From: Deltaproteobacteria bacterium UBA5329
GTDB lineage: Bacteria > Desulfobacterota > Syntrophorhabdia > Syntrophorhabdales > Syntrophorhabdaceae
Assembly (NCBI GenBank): GCA_002408185.1
Contig: DHQV01000055.1
Location: 68,332 to 132,331, forward strand
Length of the DNA: 64,000 nucleotides
Direction of reading: 5' to 3'
The notes under the pieces are model-generated. The model saw nothing but the letters and a program-made list of their open reading frames with translations, ran no database searches and was not told the DNA's origin. Below, one piece after another: positions 55,350 to 64,000 of the stretch. Every line of letters starts with the position of its first letter. Positions within the stretch are counted from its first letter, which is position 1. The position numbers and the translations under genes are program-made.

Positions 55350-55701
55350 CGGGTTCTTTGATCTCGTACCTTTTTTTCTTCAGGAGGGCGGTCGAAAATT
55401 CTTCGACCATCACCTGGCTTCCCGCCGGCTTACTCTTTTCCGGCACGGCGATCTCGACCTCTTCGCCGGTCTCCAGCCTGATCTTATAAAGGACCGACAT
55501 GGGCTGCTGGCTCGACCTTTTTATCTCCATGACGCTGCCTTTTATCACTCTTCCCGTAGGCCTCATAGGATCGAGGGCCGACGCATATACGCCTATGATA
55601 ACAAGGCAGATGATGGGGACCCACAGATAGATGAACCGCTTCGCGCGGGCTTTTTCCGCATCCGTTCTTTTGGCGGGCTGCCTGGTCTTTCCTGGTGCCA
55701 T
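55342..55701 (-). CDS. Small single-pass membrane protein, hypothetical
   Basis: 119 aa from MAPGKTRQ. A basic N-terminus, one TM (FIYLWVPIICLVIIGVYA), then a beta-rich soluble part. The upstream part of the 280-aa track ORF overlaps pxpA and is rejected. Confidence 0.4.
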   Translation of the reverse strand: MAPGKTRQPAKRTDAEKARAKRFIYLWVPIICLVIIGVYASALDPMRPTGRVIKGSVMEIKRSSQQPMSVLYKIRLETGEEVEIAVPEKSKPAGSQVMVEEFSTALLKKKRYEIKEPVR

Positions 55702-55815
55702 TGCCCCAACAACATAGCAAAAACCATGTATGATTGTAAAGGCCGCAAAGGATAAAGTACATCTCCAGCACCGGTACGTAATGACGGGAGCATGAAAAGA
55801 TGCTACAATGTCAGC

Positions 55816-56586
55816 ATGTATACAGTGGACCTCAACTGCGACATGGGCGAATCCTATGGAGCATATACGATCGGCGACGATGCCGGGGTGGTCCAGTACA
55901 TTTCTTCGGCGAACATTGCCTGCGGTCTGCATGCGTCCGATCCGGCCACAATGAAGAAAACAGTTCGTTTGTGCATGGATCACAATGTTATGGCAGGTGC
56001 CCATCCTGGATATCCTGACCTCGCTGGTTTTGGCCGGCGTCAGATAGAAATGGCAGACGATCAGATCGTCGACATCGTTCTCTATCAGGTAGGCGCCCTC
56101 AAGGCATTCACAGACTATTTCGGAATGCCCCTCCAGCATGTCAAGCTTCACGGTGCCCTGTACCATTATGCCCTGAAAAAACAAGACCTTTTTCTCGATA
56201 TTGTCCGGGCGTTGCAGATAACGTTCGGTGATGTCATTGTCCTTACCCTTGCGACGAGTGAATCCGCGAGGCTAAAGCGAGCGTGTGCATCGGACGGCAT
56301 CAGGCTCGCTCTCGAGGCATTTCCCGACCGGGAATATACCGATGAAGGGACGCTCTTACCGAGGAAATACCCTGAAGCCGTGATCACGGATCCTGAAAGA
56401 ATAGCGCGGAGGGCAATGAATATGGTCAAAGAGCGCAGCTGCAAAAGCGTGAGCGGGCACCGGATAGAGCTCGAGATCGATACACTGTGCATCCATGGCG
56501 ACAACGATGGGAGTATCAGGACCGCCTCGCTCATCCGGGATTATGCCCAGCATGAGGGGATAACGATCAAGGCTTTGGGTACCTGA
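55816..56586 (+). CDS. pxpA: 5-oxoprolinase subunit A (LamB/YcsF family)
   Basis: VDLNCDMGESYG, ACGLHASDP, HGALY. Confidence 0.85.
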   Translation: MYTVDLNCDMGESYGAYTIGDDAGVVQYISSANIACGLHASDPATMKKTVRLCMDHNVMAGAHPGYPDLAGFGRRQIEMADDQIVDIVLYQVGALKAFTDYFGMPLQHVKLHGALYHYALKKQDLFLDIVRALQITFGDVIVLTLATSESARLKRACASDGIRLALEAFPDREYTDEGTLLPRKYPEAVITDPERIARRAMNMVKERSCKSVSGHRIELEIDTLCIHGDNDGSIRTASLIRDYAQHEGITIKALGT

Positions 56587-56594
56587 TCAGATCT

Positions 56595-57236
56595 ATGGTC
56601 AGAGAACGGTACGGGGAATCCGGCATCAGGATCGTTTTTGGGGATATTATTGACGAGATAACCCATGAGGCGGTCCGGCGTTTTTTTCTTCATTTGACGT
56701 CATTGAATATACCTGGGATAGTCGATATTGTACCGTCTTTCCGGACCTGCCTCGTTCATTTTGACAGCGACCGGGTCCGGTATGAGCAGCTTTGCCAACT
56801 CATCGATACGACCGAGGCCGACAGGAAGAACATGGTTTTGCCTGATGTGCAGCGGCTGGAAATTCCCGTGCGGTACGGGGGTGATTACGGTCCTGACATG
56901 GATTTTGTATGTTCCTATTCGGGGCTTTCGCCGGAAGAGGTCATAGAGATCCACTCGGCGGGGACATACCGTGTGCACGCAATAGGTTTCATGCCGGGTT
57001 TTCCGTATCTTGGGCCTGTCGACAGACGGCTGTACGTGCCGAGGCAGGCCACCCCGGTCCTCAAAGTGCCCCAGGGATCGGTCGGGATCGCACAGCTTCA
57101 GACCGGCATCTACCCGTTTGAATCGCCTGCAGGCTGGCGCATCATAGGCAGGACCATGATGCGGCTTTTCGACTACACGAAACCTCCGTACAGTGTTCTT
57201 CATTTTGGAGACACGGTGAGGTTTGTCAGGGTATGA
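56595..57236 (+). CDS. pxpB: 5-oxoprolinase subunit B (KipI / allophanate hydrolase subunit 1 family)
   Basis: GFMPGFPYLG and GSVGIAQLQTGIYP. Confidence 0.85.
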   Translation: MVRERYGESGIRIVFGDIIDEITHEAVRRFFLHLTSLNIPGIVDIVPSFRTCLVHFDSDRVRYEQLCQLIDTTEADRKNMVLPDVQRLEIPVRYGGDYGPDMDFVCSYSGLSPEEVIEIHSAGTYRVHAIGFMPGFPYLGPVDRRLYVPRQATPVLKVPQGSVGIAQLQTGIYPFESPAGWRIIGRTMMRLFDYTKPPYSVLHFGDTVRFVRV

Positions 57237-58180
57237 TAACTGTTGTCAATCCTGCCTTTCTCTCAATGATTGTCGATAACGGCAGATTCGGCTACGGACA
57301 CATTGGTGTCGCGCCATCCTCCGGGCTCGACCGCTTCGCTTGCGCCATGGCCCGTTTTATTCTCGGAAACATCGATTCTGCGCCGGTCCTCGAGATCATG
57401 GGGAATGGTCTTTCGCTGTTATTCTCGGAGGCGGTCACGTTTGCCATCACCGGGGCGCGTGTTAAGGGCACCCTCGATGATGTGCCGGTAGAGCCATGGT
57501 CCCGGACCAAAGCCCCCAAAGGGAGCGTTTTAAAGATATCGGAAGTTCTTGAGGGTTGCCGGTACTATATTGGATTTTCGGGTACCATCGATGTCGATCC
57601 GGTGATGGGCAGCCGTTCAACGAACCTCGAATGCAGGTTCGGGGGATATCAGGGCCGGCCTCTCATGAAAGGGGACGTGCTTGAATTGCGTGAAGTATAC
57701 GATCCCGTGGGGCATATAAGCGTCCCGGATGAACGGATACCTTCTATGGGCGAACCCCACATTATAAGGGTGCTTCCCGGGCCCGAAGCCGATTATTTTA
57801 GTCCCCTGTCCGTAAAGTTCCTGTCTAACCGGAATGAAGCGCTTTTTTTCAAAGCTTCCGCACGCCTGAACAGGACAGGAATTCGCCTCGAGGGCCCCGC
57901 AATTCAGTTCAGGGATGAGGCTGAACAGAGCATTATATCGGAGGGGATCCTGCCCGGAACGATCCAGGTGCCGCCCGATGGTTTACCCATCATAAACTGC
58001 GTGGAGAGGACAATAGGCGGCTATGCCCGGTTGGCCATTATAATAGATGTCGACCTCGACAAGCTTGCTCACATCAAACCATTCGACAGGGTCATTCTGA
58101 GCGTGACCGACTCGGAAGAGGCCGAACGTCTCCTTCAGGCAAAAAAGGACACTGTCGCATTCTACGTTAAAAAACAATAA
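57233..58180 (+). CDS. pxpC: 5-oxoprolinase subunit C (KipA / allophanate hydrolase subunit 2 family)
   Basis: GYGHIGVAPSSGLD, GTIQVPPDGLPII. ATGA overlap with pxpB. Confidence 0.85.
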   Translation: MITVVNPAFLSMIVDNGRFGYGHIGVAPSSGLDRFACAMARFILGNIDSAPVLEIMGNGLSLLFSEAVTFAITGARVKGTLDDVPVEPWSRTKAPKGSVLKISEVLEGCRYYIGFSGTIDVDPVMGSRSTNLECRFGGYQGRPLMKGDVLELREVYDPVGHISVPDERIPSMGEPHIIRVLPGPEADYFSPLSVKFLSNRNEALFFKASARLNRTGIRLEGPAIQFRDEAEQSIISEGILPGTIQVPPDGLPIINCVERTIGGYARLAIIIDVDLDKLAHIKPFDRVILSVTDSEEAERLLQAKKDTVAFYVKKQ

Positions 58181-58430
58181 ATTTTCGATGGCGGAAATTC
58201 GGCAGGGGTCTGTATGCCGACGCGTCAATGAGGGTCCCGTGACAGAACCGTCGCACTGCCGCCTTGCTTCGTACCGGTCAAAGTGTTTAGTGAAAAACGG
58301 CCTCGTCGCGTGCGAGGTGTCCGGCCGCGGCCGGGTAATAGGAATGTGGATCGTACTTTCCGGTCCCGTATATTTTCCTGTGGCAATCATTGTCCGTGTC
58401 GGGTAATATTAACGCTAAAGGGAAGGACAA

Positions 58431-58862
58431 TTGAAGCTCAACCACATCGGTTTTGTCGTTGCAAAGATCGACGAGTTCGCGGAAACGCTGAAGGCGATCG
58501 GTTTTGGCGCATTGACCAGCCCCGTGCCCGACTACAACAATAACGTCAACGCTTCGTTTGTCCCGATCGGCGAGAAAGACGATGTATTCCTCGAGGTCCT
58601 CGAGCCGATCGGTGAGAGGTCGGCTATTGCGGGTTTCCTGAAGAAGACCGGAGGGGGCCTGCATCACTTATGTTTCGAAGTGGATGACATAGAAAAGGCT
58701 TCACAGGAACTGGAGAAAAAAGGTTTTAAAATGGTCTCTTCGCCGGCCCAGTGTCCGGCATATGACGAAAATTTAAGCCGTACCTGCGAGGGTGTGACCA
58801 AGATATCTTTTTTCCTCATACCCAACCGCCTTCTCATCGAGCTTCTGGAAAAGGGACGGTAA
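58431..58862 (+). CDS. VOC/glyoxalase-fold protein (methylmalonyl-CoA epimerase-like)
   Basis: MKLNHIGFVV..., GGGLHHLCFEVDD. TTG start with an AAGGGAAGG RBS. Confidence 0.7.
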   Translation: MKLNHIGFVVAKIDEFAETLKAIGFGALTSPVPDYNNNVNASFVPIGEKDDVFLEVLEPIGERSAIAGFLKKTGGGLHHLCFEVDDIEKASQELEKKGFKMVSSPAQCPAYDENLSRTCEGVTKISFFLIPNRLLIELLEKGR

Positions 58863-58874
58863 TTTCGGGAGGAG

Positions 58875-59435
58875 ATGGAAATGACGCGGGATGATGCTGA
58901 AAAATTGCTGAAGCAATATGTTGCGAATGATCGCATGCTTAACCATTGCTATGCAGCGGAGGCGGTAATGCGGGCCCTCGCGCGAAGACTGGGAGAAGAC
59001 GAAGATAAATGGGCGATGGCGGGGCTTCTTCATGACATCGACATTGAAGTGACCGATGCCGATCTTGCCCGCCACGGGCTCGAGGCTCAGAAAATATTAG
59101 CGGAGAGGGGCGTCGATCCCGAGATTATCGATGCTGTGGCAATGCACAACGAAACAACTGCAGGCAAAAAAAGGAGTACCCGTTTTCATCATGCGCTCGC
59201 AGCCGGTGAGACGATCACGGGGCTTATTATAGCGACGACGCTCGTGTATCCGGACAAGAAACTTGCCAGCGTAAAAACGAAGTCCGTTGTCAAGCGTATG
59301 AAGGAGAAGGCTTTTGCAGCCTCGGTGAACCGCGACGTGATCATGGAATGCGAACTCATCGGCATTCCGCTCAACGAATTTGCCGAATTGTCCATCGCGG
59401 CAATGCTTGGGATAAGCGATACATTAGGGCTTTGA
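58875..59435 (+). CDS. HD/HDIG domain phosphohydrolase
   Basis: H...HD pattern (NHCYAAEAVM, GLLHDIDIE). Confidence 0.7.
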   Translation: MEMTRDDAEKLLKQYVANDRMLNHCYAAEAVMRALARRLGEDEDKWAMAGLLHDIDIEVTDADLARHGLEAQKILAERGVDPEIIDAVAMHNETTAGKKRSTRFHHALAAGETITGLIIATTLVYPDKKLASVKTKSVVKRMKEKAFAASVNRDVIMECELIGIPLNEFAELSIAAMLGISDTLGL

Positions 59436-59499
59436 GCACGTGACCTTGAACGGTCACCCGGTGAGTCCTGCCCGAAATTAAACAGAGAAAAAGGGTTTT

Positions 59500-60783
59500 A
59501 TGCATACCGTCACTACAAATGCCGGAGTATTGACGAAAATAAAGAACTCGCCCTACGTGCAGGCCTTTGCCAGCTATCGCATGATCATCATGGTCGTTCT
59601 TGGTTTTGCATCCGGCCTGCCATTGCCTTTGACTTCAGGCACGCTTCAGGCATGGCTGACCACTGCAGGTATTGACATAAAGATGATCGGTATTTTTTCC
59701 ATCGTTGGCCTCCCCTACACATTGAAATTTTTCTGGTCACCTTTCATGGACAGGTTCGTTCCGCCATTTTTGGGAAGACGAAGGGGTTGGATCGTGTGTA
59801 CCCAGGTCTTTCTCCTCGCCGGTATTGCCGCCATGGCCCTGACATCCCCGGCGAAAATGCCTCTTGCCCTCGGCACCATAGCCCTTTGCGTCGCATTTTT
59901 TTCGGCATCACAGGATATCGTCGTCGACGCCTATCGCACGGATGTCCTGCCGGCAACCGAGAGGGGCACCGGTGTCGCCGTTTTTATATTTGGTTACAGG
60001 ATAGCCTTTCTCGTTGCGGGTGCCCTGGCCCTCATGATGGCCGACAGGATAGGGTGGCAGAAGACATATCTTTTTATGGCCTGCCTCATGATCCCTGGCA
60101 TGCTCGGTTCCCTGGCGGGGCATGAACCGGATGGCAAGATCGTTCCGCCCCGGAGTATGCGGGAGGCAGTCTGGGGGCCGTTAAAAGATTTTTTTTCGCG
60201 CAGATCGGCGATCATAATACTGCTTTTCATTATTCTGTATAAACTTGGGGATGCATATGCCGGAGCCCTGACAACGGCCTTCCTTATCCGCGGGGTTCAT
60301 TTTACACTGAGCGAACTGGCGATCATCAATAAACTGATAGGGATAGTCGCAACGATCGTCGGGGCTCTTTTTGGCGGGGCCCTGATGGTCAAAATGGGCC
60401 TTTTCCGTTCTCTGTGGTGGTTCGGCATTCTGCAGACAGTATCGAACCTGTCTTTTATGGTGCTCGCAATTATCGGAAAGAGTTATACGGCGGCTGTTGT
60501 GGCGGTCGCTTTTGAAAATATTACCGGGGGAATGGGCTCGACTGCCTTTGTGGCTTTTGTCATGGCGCTGTGCAATAAACGGTTCACGGCAACCCAGTTT
60601 GCCCTCCTGTCGTCGCTTGCCGTTCTGGGACGTGTCGTGATATCTCCCACGTCGGGGTACATCGTGACCTATGTCGGATGGGCCGTTTTTTTTCTGTTCA
60701 CGGTGATAGCCGCATTGCCCGGGTTGGCGCTTTTATTGTATCTGAAAAAGGAAATCGTTTTACTCGATAAAAACGCATCGTGA
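59500..60783 (+). CDS. ampG: AmpG family muropeptide MFS permease
   Basis: GFASGLPLPLTSGTLQAWL, FFWSPFMDRFVPPFLGRRRGWI, with about 12-14 TM segments. Confidence 0.8.
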   Translation: MHTVTTNAGVLTKIKNSPYVQAFASYRMIIMVVLGFASGLPLPLTSGTLQAWLTTAGIDIKMIGIFSIVGLPYTLKFFWSPFMDRFVPPFLGRRRGWIVCTQVFLLAGIAAMALTSPAKMPLALGTIALCVAFFSASQDIVVDAYRTDVLPATERGTGVAVFIFGYRIAFLVAGALALMMADRIGWQKTYLFMACLMIPGMLGSLAGHEPDGKIVPPRSMREAVWGPLKDFFSRRSAIIILLFIILYKLGDAYAGALTTAFLIRGVHFTLSELAIINKLIGIVATIVGALFGGALMVKMGLFRSLWWFGILQTVSNLSFMVLAIIGKSYTAAVVAVAFENITGGMGSTAFVAFVMALCNKRFTATQFALLSSLAVLGRVVISPTSGYIVTYVGWAVFFLFTVIAALPGLALLLYLKKEIVLLDKNAS

Positions 60784-60808
60784 CGTGTTTTCGCCTTATC
60801 TTTCAGGG

Positions 60809-60833
60809 ACTTTAATTTTTATTAAAGTTTTTT
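60809..60833 (+). terminator. AT-rich intrinsic terminator after ampG
   Basis: ACTTTAAT-TTTT-ATTAAAGT followed by TTTTT. Confidence 0.5.
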
Positions 60834-60986
60834 CATAAATTTCATTGACAGGTTTTTGATACTATGGGATACTGACAAACGAAGTTTCGGAAGTCGCTGT
60901 CAGTAGTGATGAAGTGATTTTGTACATTAACATCCACGACGCAGTTCCGTAATCTTCAAAATTATTTTAAGGAGGACTTTAGTAAG

Positions 60987-61187
60987 ATGGCAAAAGGAAC
61001 TGTGAAGTGGTTTAATGAGTCCAAAGGTTTCGGTTTCATAACTCAGGATGACGGTGTGGACGTTTTCGTTCACTATTCAGCGATCCAGGACTCCGGTTTC
61101 AAAACCCTTGCGGAAGGCCAGGAAGTCAATTTTGACGTCGTCAAAGGTCCTAAGGGTCTTCAGGCAGCCAACGTAACAAAACTATAA
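60987..61187 (+). CDS. Cold-shock protein (CspA family)
   Basis: [15 protein letters not shown] (RNP1) and VFVHYS (RNP2). Has a long untranslated leader of about 140 nt, typical of csp genes. Confidence 0.95.
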   Translation: MAKGTVKWFNESKGFGFITQDDGVDVFVHYSAIQDSGFKTLAEGQEVNFDVVKGPKGLQAANVTKL

Positions 61188-61197
61188 AACCTTAAAT

Positions 61198-61230
61198 AAA
61201 AGGGTCCGGTCATCGGACGCGGACCCTTTG
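61198..61230. terminator. Bidirectional hairpin terminator between csp and the convergent DUF1460 gene
   Basis: AAAGGGTCCG-N11-CGGACCCTTT with U-rich sequence on both strands. Confidence 0.6.
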
Positions 61231-61244
61231 ATAAAATTATTACG

Positions 61245-62003
61245 CTATAGAGTGCCGCAGAAGATATCGAAGTGGAATGGCCGGGGTCGTAACACTACGA
61301 TGCCGGGTTTTTCTTTCATGTAACTCATTAACAACCTGTCGGTAACTTTACGGCATGATGGCGCCGACGACGCATGCCGCAGGTATAAACCGTCATCATG
61401 CCGTATCGCTATTCCGACATGCGAAACGTCAAGACCGTCTGTTTCCGTATAGATCCCTATATAATCGCCGGCATTCAGGGCATCGAGTATGTGATCGTCG
61501 AGTGACGTGGTCGGGATGTAATCGATCGACCTGGGCTCGACAGGGATGCCGGGAAGAAAAAGCGTCCCGTCGGACCTGAGGTTGAGGGATTTCATACACG
61601 TATGGGTTTTTTCCCTGCCGACCTCCCCCGTAATGTCCTTTATGGACCCTCCGTTGTATTCTCGCCAATCCGTGAAGAAATGATTGCGTGTCGGATATGA
61701 AACGATACCTTTTTTGTACCGTATCTTCTTGAGTCTTTCGAGGAATTCCCCGAACGAGAAGGATTGGCGAAGTGCCTCGACATAATCAAGAAATGTAAAA
61801 CAGTCTATTCCCGAAAAATTAACGACAAATTCCTCGTCGGTTTCGCAATTTCCTACGAGTGTCGATTCCTGGTAGGGGATCTCCAGGAATTTTCCAGAAA
61901 TGTACTGGATGCGCTCCCCCACATCGGAAAGCTGCGAGGCAGCGGCAAGGAGGAGATCAAGATCGTCTTCCGTCCATTTCCCGAGCGTTATATGTGTAGT
62001 CAT
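61245..62003 (-). CDS. DUF1460 (N-acetylmuramoyl-L-alanine amidase-like) protein
   Basis: GIDCFTFLDYVEALR, FFTDW, GDYIGIY...LDVSHVGIAI...LRHASS pattern as I recall it for DUF1460. The cell-wall recycling neighbourhood is consistent. Confidence 0.5.
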   Translation of the reverse strand: MTTHITLGKWTEDDLDLLLAAASQLSDVGERIQYISGKFLEIPYQESTLVGNCETDEEFVVNFSGIDCFTFLDYVEALRQSFSFGEFLERLKKIRYKKGIVSYPTRNHFFTDWREYNGGSIKDITGEVGREKTHTCMKSLNLRSDGTLFLPGIPVEPRSIDYIPTTSLDDHILDALNAGDYIGIYTETDGLDVSHVGIAIRHDDGLYLRHASSAPSCRKVTDRLLMSYMKEKPGIVVLRPRPFHFDIFCGTL

Positions 62004-62058
62004 TGCAGCCTCTGTTATATAATAATATTTGTCATCTTGAAAATTGAAACCACGGCCG

Positions 62059-63111
62059 TTAATACCAATCCGTCAGCAAGAACCCTATGCTGAAGCGATT
62101 GACGCACTTGTTGTAATCGATGAGGCTTTCGCCGTAGCCGTTGAAGTACTGGAGATAGGCACTGATGTGTTCGATCAGCGGGAAGGCCCATTCCAACTGG
62201 ATGGCGCCCTTGTTGTCCGAGCGGAGGTTGTTCCGGACCATCATGCCGAACCTCTGCTTTTTCCAGAAATAGTGTCCCCATAGTTCCCCGTAACCTGAGT
62301 ATTTTTCTATGTCGGGGTTATCGTCATCCCTTTTGTTCTCCGGTATCCTGTACCATGTTCGAAGAAGCACATTGAACTGGTCCCGCTCGAAACCGAAATT
62401 TGCCACGACCCTGTTCCAGCTGCGGGACAAAGGTCCAGACCTGCCATTCGACTGATGATTTAACCCGATGTTGATCATTTTTCCTCTGAGGCCGAAAAGG
62501 TCGTAATCCGTGCGGAAATTCAAGAGCAGTTCGGGTTCGTAGTTCGTTTCCCGGAAAGGCGACGAGAACGCGGTGTTATAGACCTGCCAGAACGCGAGCT
62601 GCGTATATCCGAACCAGAGGTCCATATCGCGGCCGAAAATATCTTCCCATAATTTTACCTTAAAACTGATCTGAAACTTCGCTTCGGTGTGCTGGGGTTT
62701 CGCATCGGGATCGAGATCGAGGCTGGAGTCCGTGTTCGGGGAGTTGTTATATGCGACCGGCAGGATATAGTTCGAACGATAAGGTTTGATCACAAACTTT
62801 CTCGCCCGGTTTGCCTCATCCAGGTCCCATTGCCTGGCGAGAACCGACGCGCCCGTGGGATAAGTCCCATCCGGGGGTTTGACGGCCTCTCGAGGGGCCT
62901 TTTCGGGAATTGCTGTTGCCGCAAGGGAACCGGAAGATGTGTCCGTACCTGGTGCCTTGGCCGGTCTGCCTGAGACATCGTCGTAACATTTCAGCCGTGC
63001 AGTGTCATCCTCTATCAGTGAGCACCGGGTGAACCTGTCTGCTGTGCCGGCCATTGCGCCGAGCGGAATGAACGCGGCAATACCGAGAATAATGAAGATC
63101 TTTGATCTCAT
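62059..63111 (-). CDS. pldA: Outer-membrane phospholipase A
   Basis: Signal peptide and catalytic region HQSNGRSGPLSRSWNR. Confidence 0.88.
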   Translation of the reverse strand: MRSKIFIILGIAAFIPLGAMAGTADRFTRCSLIEDDTARLKCYDDVSGRPAKAPGTDTSSGSLAATAIPEKAPREAVKPPDGTYPTGASVLARQWDLDEANRARKFVIKPYRSNYILPVAYNNSPNTDSSLDLDPDAKPQHTEAKFQISFKVKLWEDIFGRDMDLWFGYTQLAFWQVYNTAFSSPFRETNYEPELLLNFRTDYDLFGLRGKMINIGLNHQSNGRSGPLSRSWNRVVANFGFERDQFNVLLRTWYRIPENKRDDDNPDIEKYSGYGELWGHYFWKKQRFGMMVRNNLRSDNKGAIQLEWAFPLIEHISAYLQYFNGYGESLIDYNKCVNRFSIGFLLTDWY

Positions 63112-63274
63112 AGGACTGACCGGGGCCTTCGGTTCCCTTTTCGGTTGTGGAAATCAAACAATAATCTCCTTTGCGGAAAAAATCAACAAAACTTGGAACG
63201 TTCATTGCCGAAAGCCTGGTACTTTTTTCGCGGAAAACCTGTTATAATCTGTCGATGCCGATAGTTACGGGAAG

Positions 63275-64000
63275 ATGCACTCAATGCGGGTAACCGATAT
63301 TCATACGCACGGTTTTGGGTTCCACGACACAAGAAGTTCCGACCCGGATGATATCATCGCGATGGCGAGGCTATATGCCTCATCGGGTGTCGACGCCATA
63401 TTGCCGGCTGTTTATGCCTCATCGATCGGCACTATGAGGCGTCATATGATGACAGTGAAAGAGGCGATGGAGTACCAGCGCAAAAATGCATCATTGACCG
63501 GGAGCAGGCAGGCTGCGGAAATTCTCGGGGTCCACGTCGAGGGTCCTTTTTTGAATCCTGCAATGTCAGGCGCCCTCGATAAAGGATCATTTCTTCCGCC
63601 GACGATGGATAATTACACGAGGCTCGTTGACGGGTTCGAGGATATCATCAGGATCATAACTTTGGCGCCCGAGCTTGACGGATCGCCTGCATTGATCAGA
63701 TCTTTGTCCGACAGGGGCATTATCGTCAGCATGGGCCATTCCAACGCGACATATAGTGAGGCGGAAGCCGGATGTAATGCAGGAGCGCGCGGCATTACAC
63801 ATATTTTCAATGCAATGCGCCCATTTCATCACCGGGAACCGGGAATTGCCGGTTTTGCCCTCATGGACCCACGCATTTATATCGAGGTGATCGCGGACCC
63901 GCATCATTTGTCTGACAGGCTCATTGAATTTATATTCAAGACAAAAGACCCATCCCGGATCATACTGGTCTCCGACATGGTGCGGGGGTCACTGACGGGA
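63275..64000 (+). CDS. nagA: N-acetylglucosamine-6-phosphate deacetylase, 3' end beyond the window
   Basis: ORF is open to the window end. Motifs DIHTHG, HVEGPFLNP, MGHSNATY, THIFNAMRPFHHREPG. Confidence 0.85.
   Translation, partial: MHSMRVTDIHTHGFGFHDTRSSDPDDIIAMARLYASSGVDAILPAVYASSIGTMRRHMMTVKEAMEYQRKNASLTGSRQAAEILGVHVEGPFLNPAMSGALDKGSFLPPTMDNYTRLVDGFEDIIRIITLAPELDGSPALIRSLSDRGIIVSMGHSNATYSEAEAGCNAGARGITHIFNAMRPFHHREPGIAGFALMDPRIYIEVIADPHHLSDRLIEFIFKTKDPSRIILVSDMVRGSLTG

Noticed and set aside
55702-56184. The upstream part of minus-strand ORF 55342-56184 (280 aa).
   Set aside because: It overlaps the well-supported pxpA gene on the other strand and has no coding character. Only the last 119 codons (a TM-containing small protein) are kept, and at low confidence.
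58181-58430. A possible riboswitch or structured leader upstream of the VOC/epimerase gene. The segment GGGTCCCGTGACAGAACC...CTGCCGCC vaguely recalls the ZTP (pfl) motif, and nested GGCGG/CCGCC and CGACG/CGTCG pairings are possible.
   Set aside because: The conserved ZTP elements (GGGUCGUGACUGGCG and the distal CCGCCUGGGC pseudoknot with a linker) are not reproduced. The downstream genes are not purine or folate genes. I could not match any other riboswitch class by eye. An Rfam scan would settle it.
1-64000. A search for mobile elements, CRISPR arrays, restriction-modification, toxin-antitoxin pairs, retron/DGR reverse transcriptases and prophage genes.
   Set aside because: None seen. There is no transposase, integrase or reverse-transcriptase-like ORF, no regularly spaced repeats and no small overlapping toxin-antitoxin-type gene pairs. 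The window looks like core chromosome.

Overview
This looks like a chromosomal segment from an anaerobic deltaproteobacterium of the Syntrophus/Geobacter type. That assignment is inferred from gene content only. I count about 60 protein-coding genes. By eye there are no rRNA or tRNA genes, CRISPR arrays, transposases, integrases or phage genes.

Main blocks, in order:
1. A type IV pilus module (pilB, pilC, sensor kinase, pilR, pilA) with a clear sigma-54 promoter and upstream palindromes. It is followed by a YfhO-like polytopic membrane protein and a second small two-component pair.
2. An isolated two-gene cassette: a nucleoside 2-deoxyribosyltransferase-like protein plus a zinc-ribbon protein.
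3. A minus-strand sulfur/selenium-type operon: a split YeeE/YedE transporter, a CoA-disulfide-reductase-like flavoprotein and a cNMP-binding protein. The first transporter half has an in-frame UGA at the conserved Cys position, followed by a SECIS-like hairpin.
4. uvrA, ogt, a V4R protein coupled to a sensorless kinase, and nrdD/nrdG behind tandem NrdR-type boxes.
5. rpoD and radA.
6. The benzoyl-CoA lower-pathway genes had, bamA (oah) and dch, with further acyl-CoA genes nearby.
7. A DUF898 / M48 peptidase / TraB-GumN operon.
8. An NHEJ cluster: Ku, a disrupted second Ku, and LigD split into Pol and PE-ligase genes.
9. A Pat-like acetyltransferase, pxpABC, and peptidoglycan-recycling genes (ampG, a DUF1460 protein, nagA) with pldA.

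I found no unambiguous novel multi-gene system. The most noteworthy items are:
- the candidate selenocysteine-containing YeeE/YedE protein;
- an orphan sigma-54 promoter with an upstream palindrome pair, driving only a 41-codon ORF;
- the deoxyribosyltransferase-like/zinc-ribbon cassette;
- the DUF898/M48/TraB operon;
- a short intergenic motif family.

All functional calls rest on motif recognition by eye. No database search was run.
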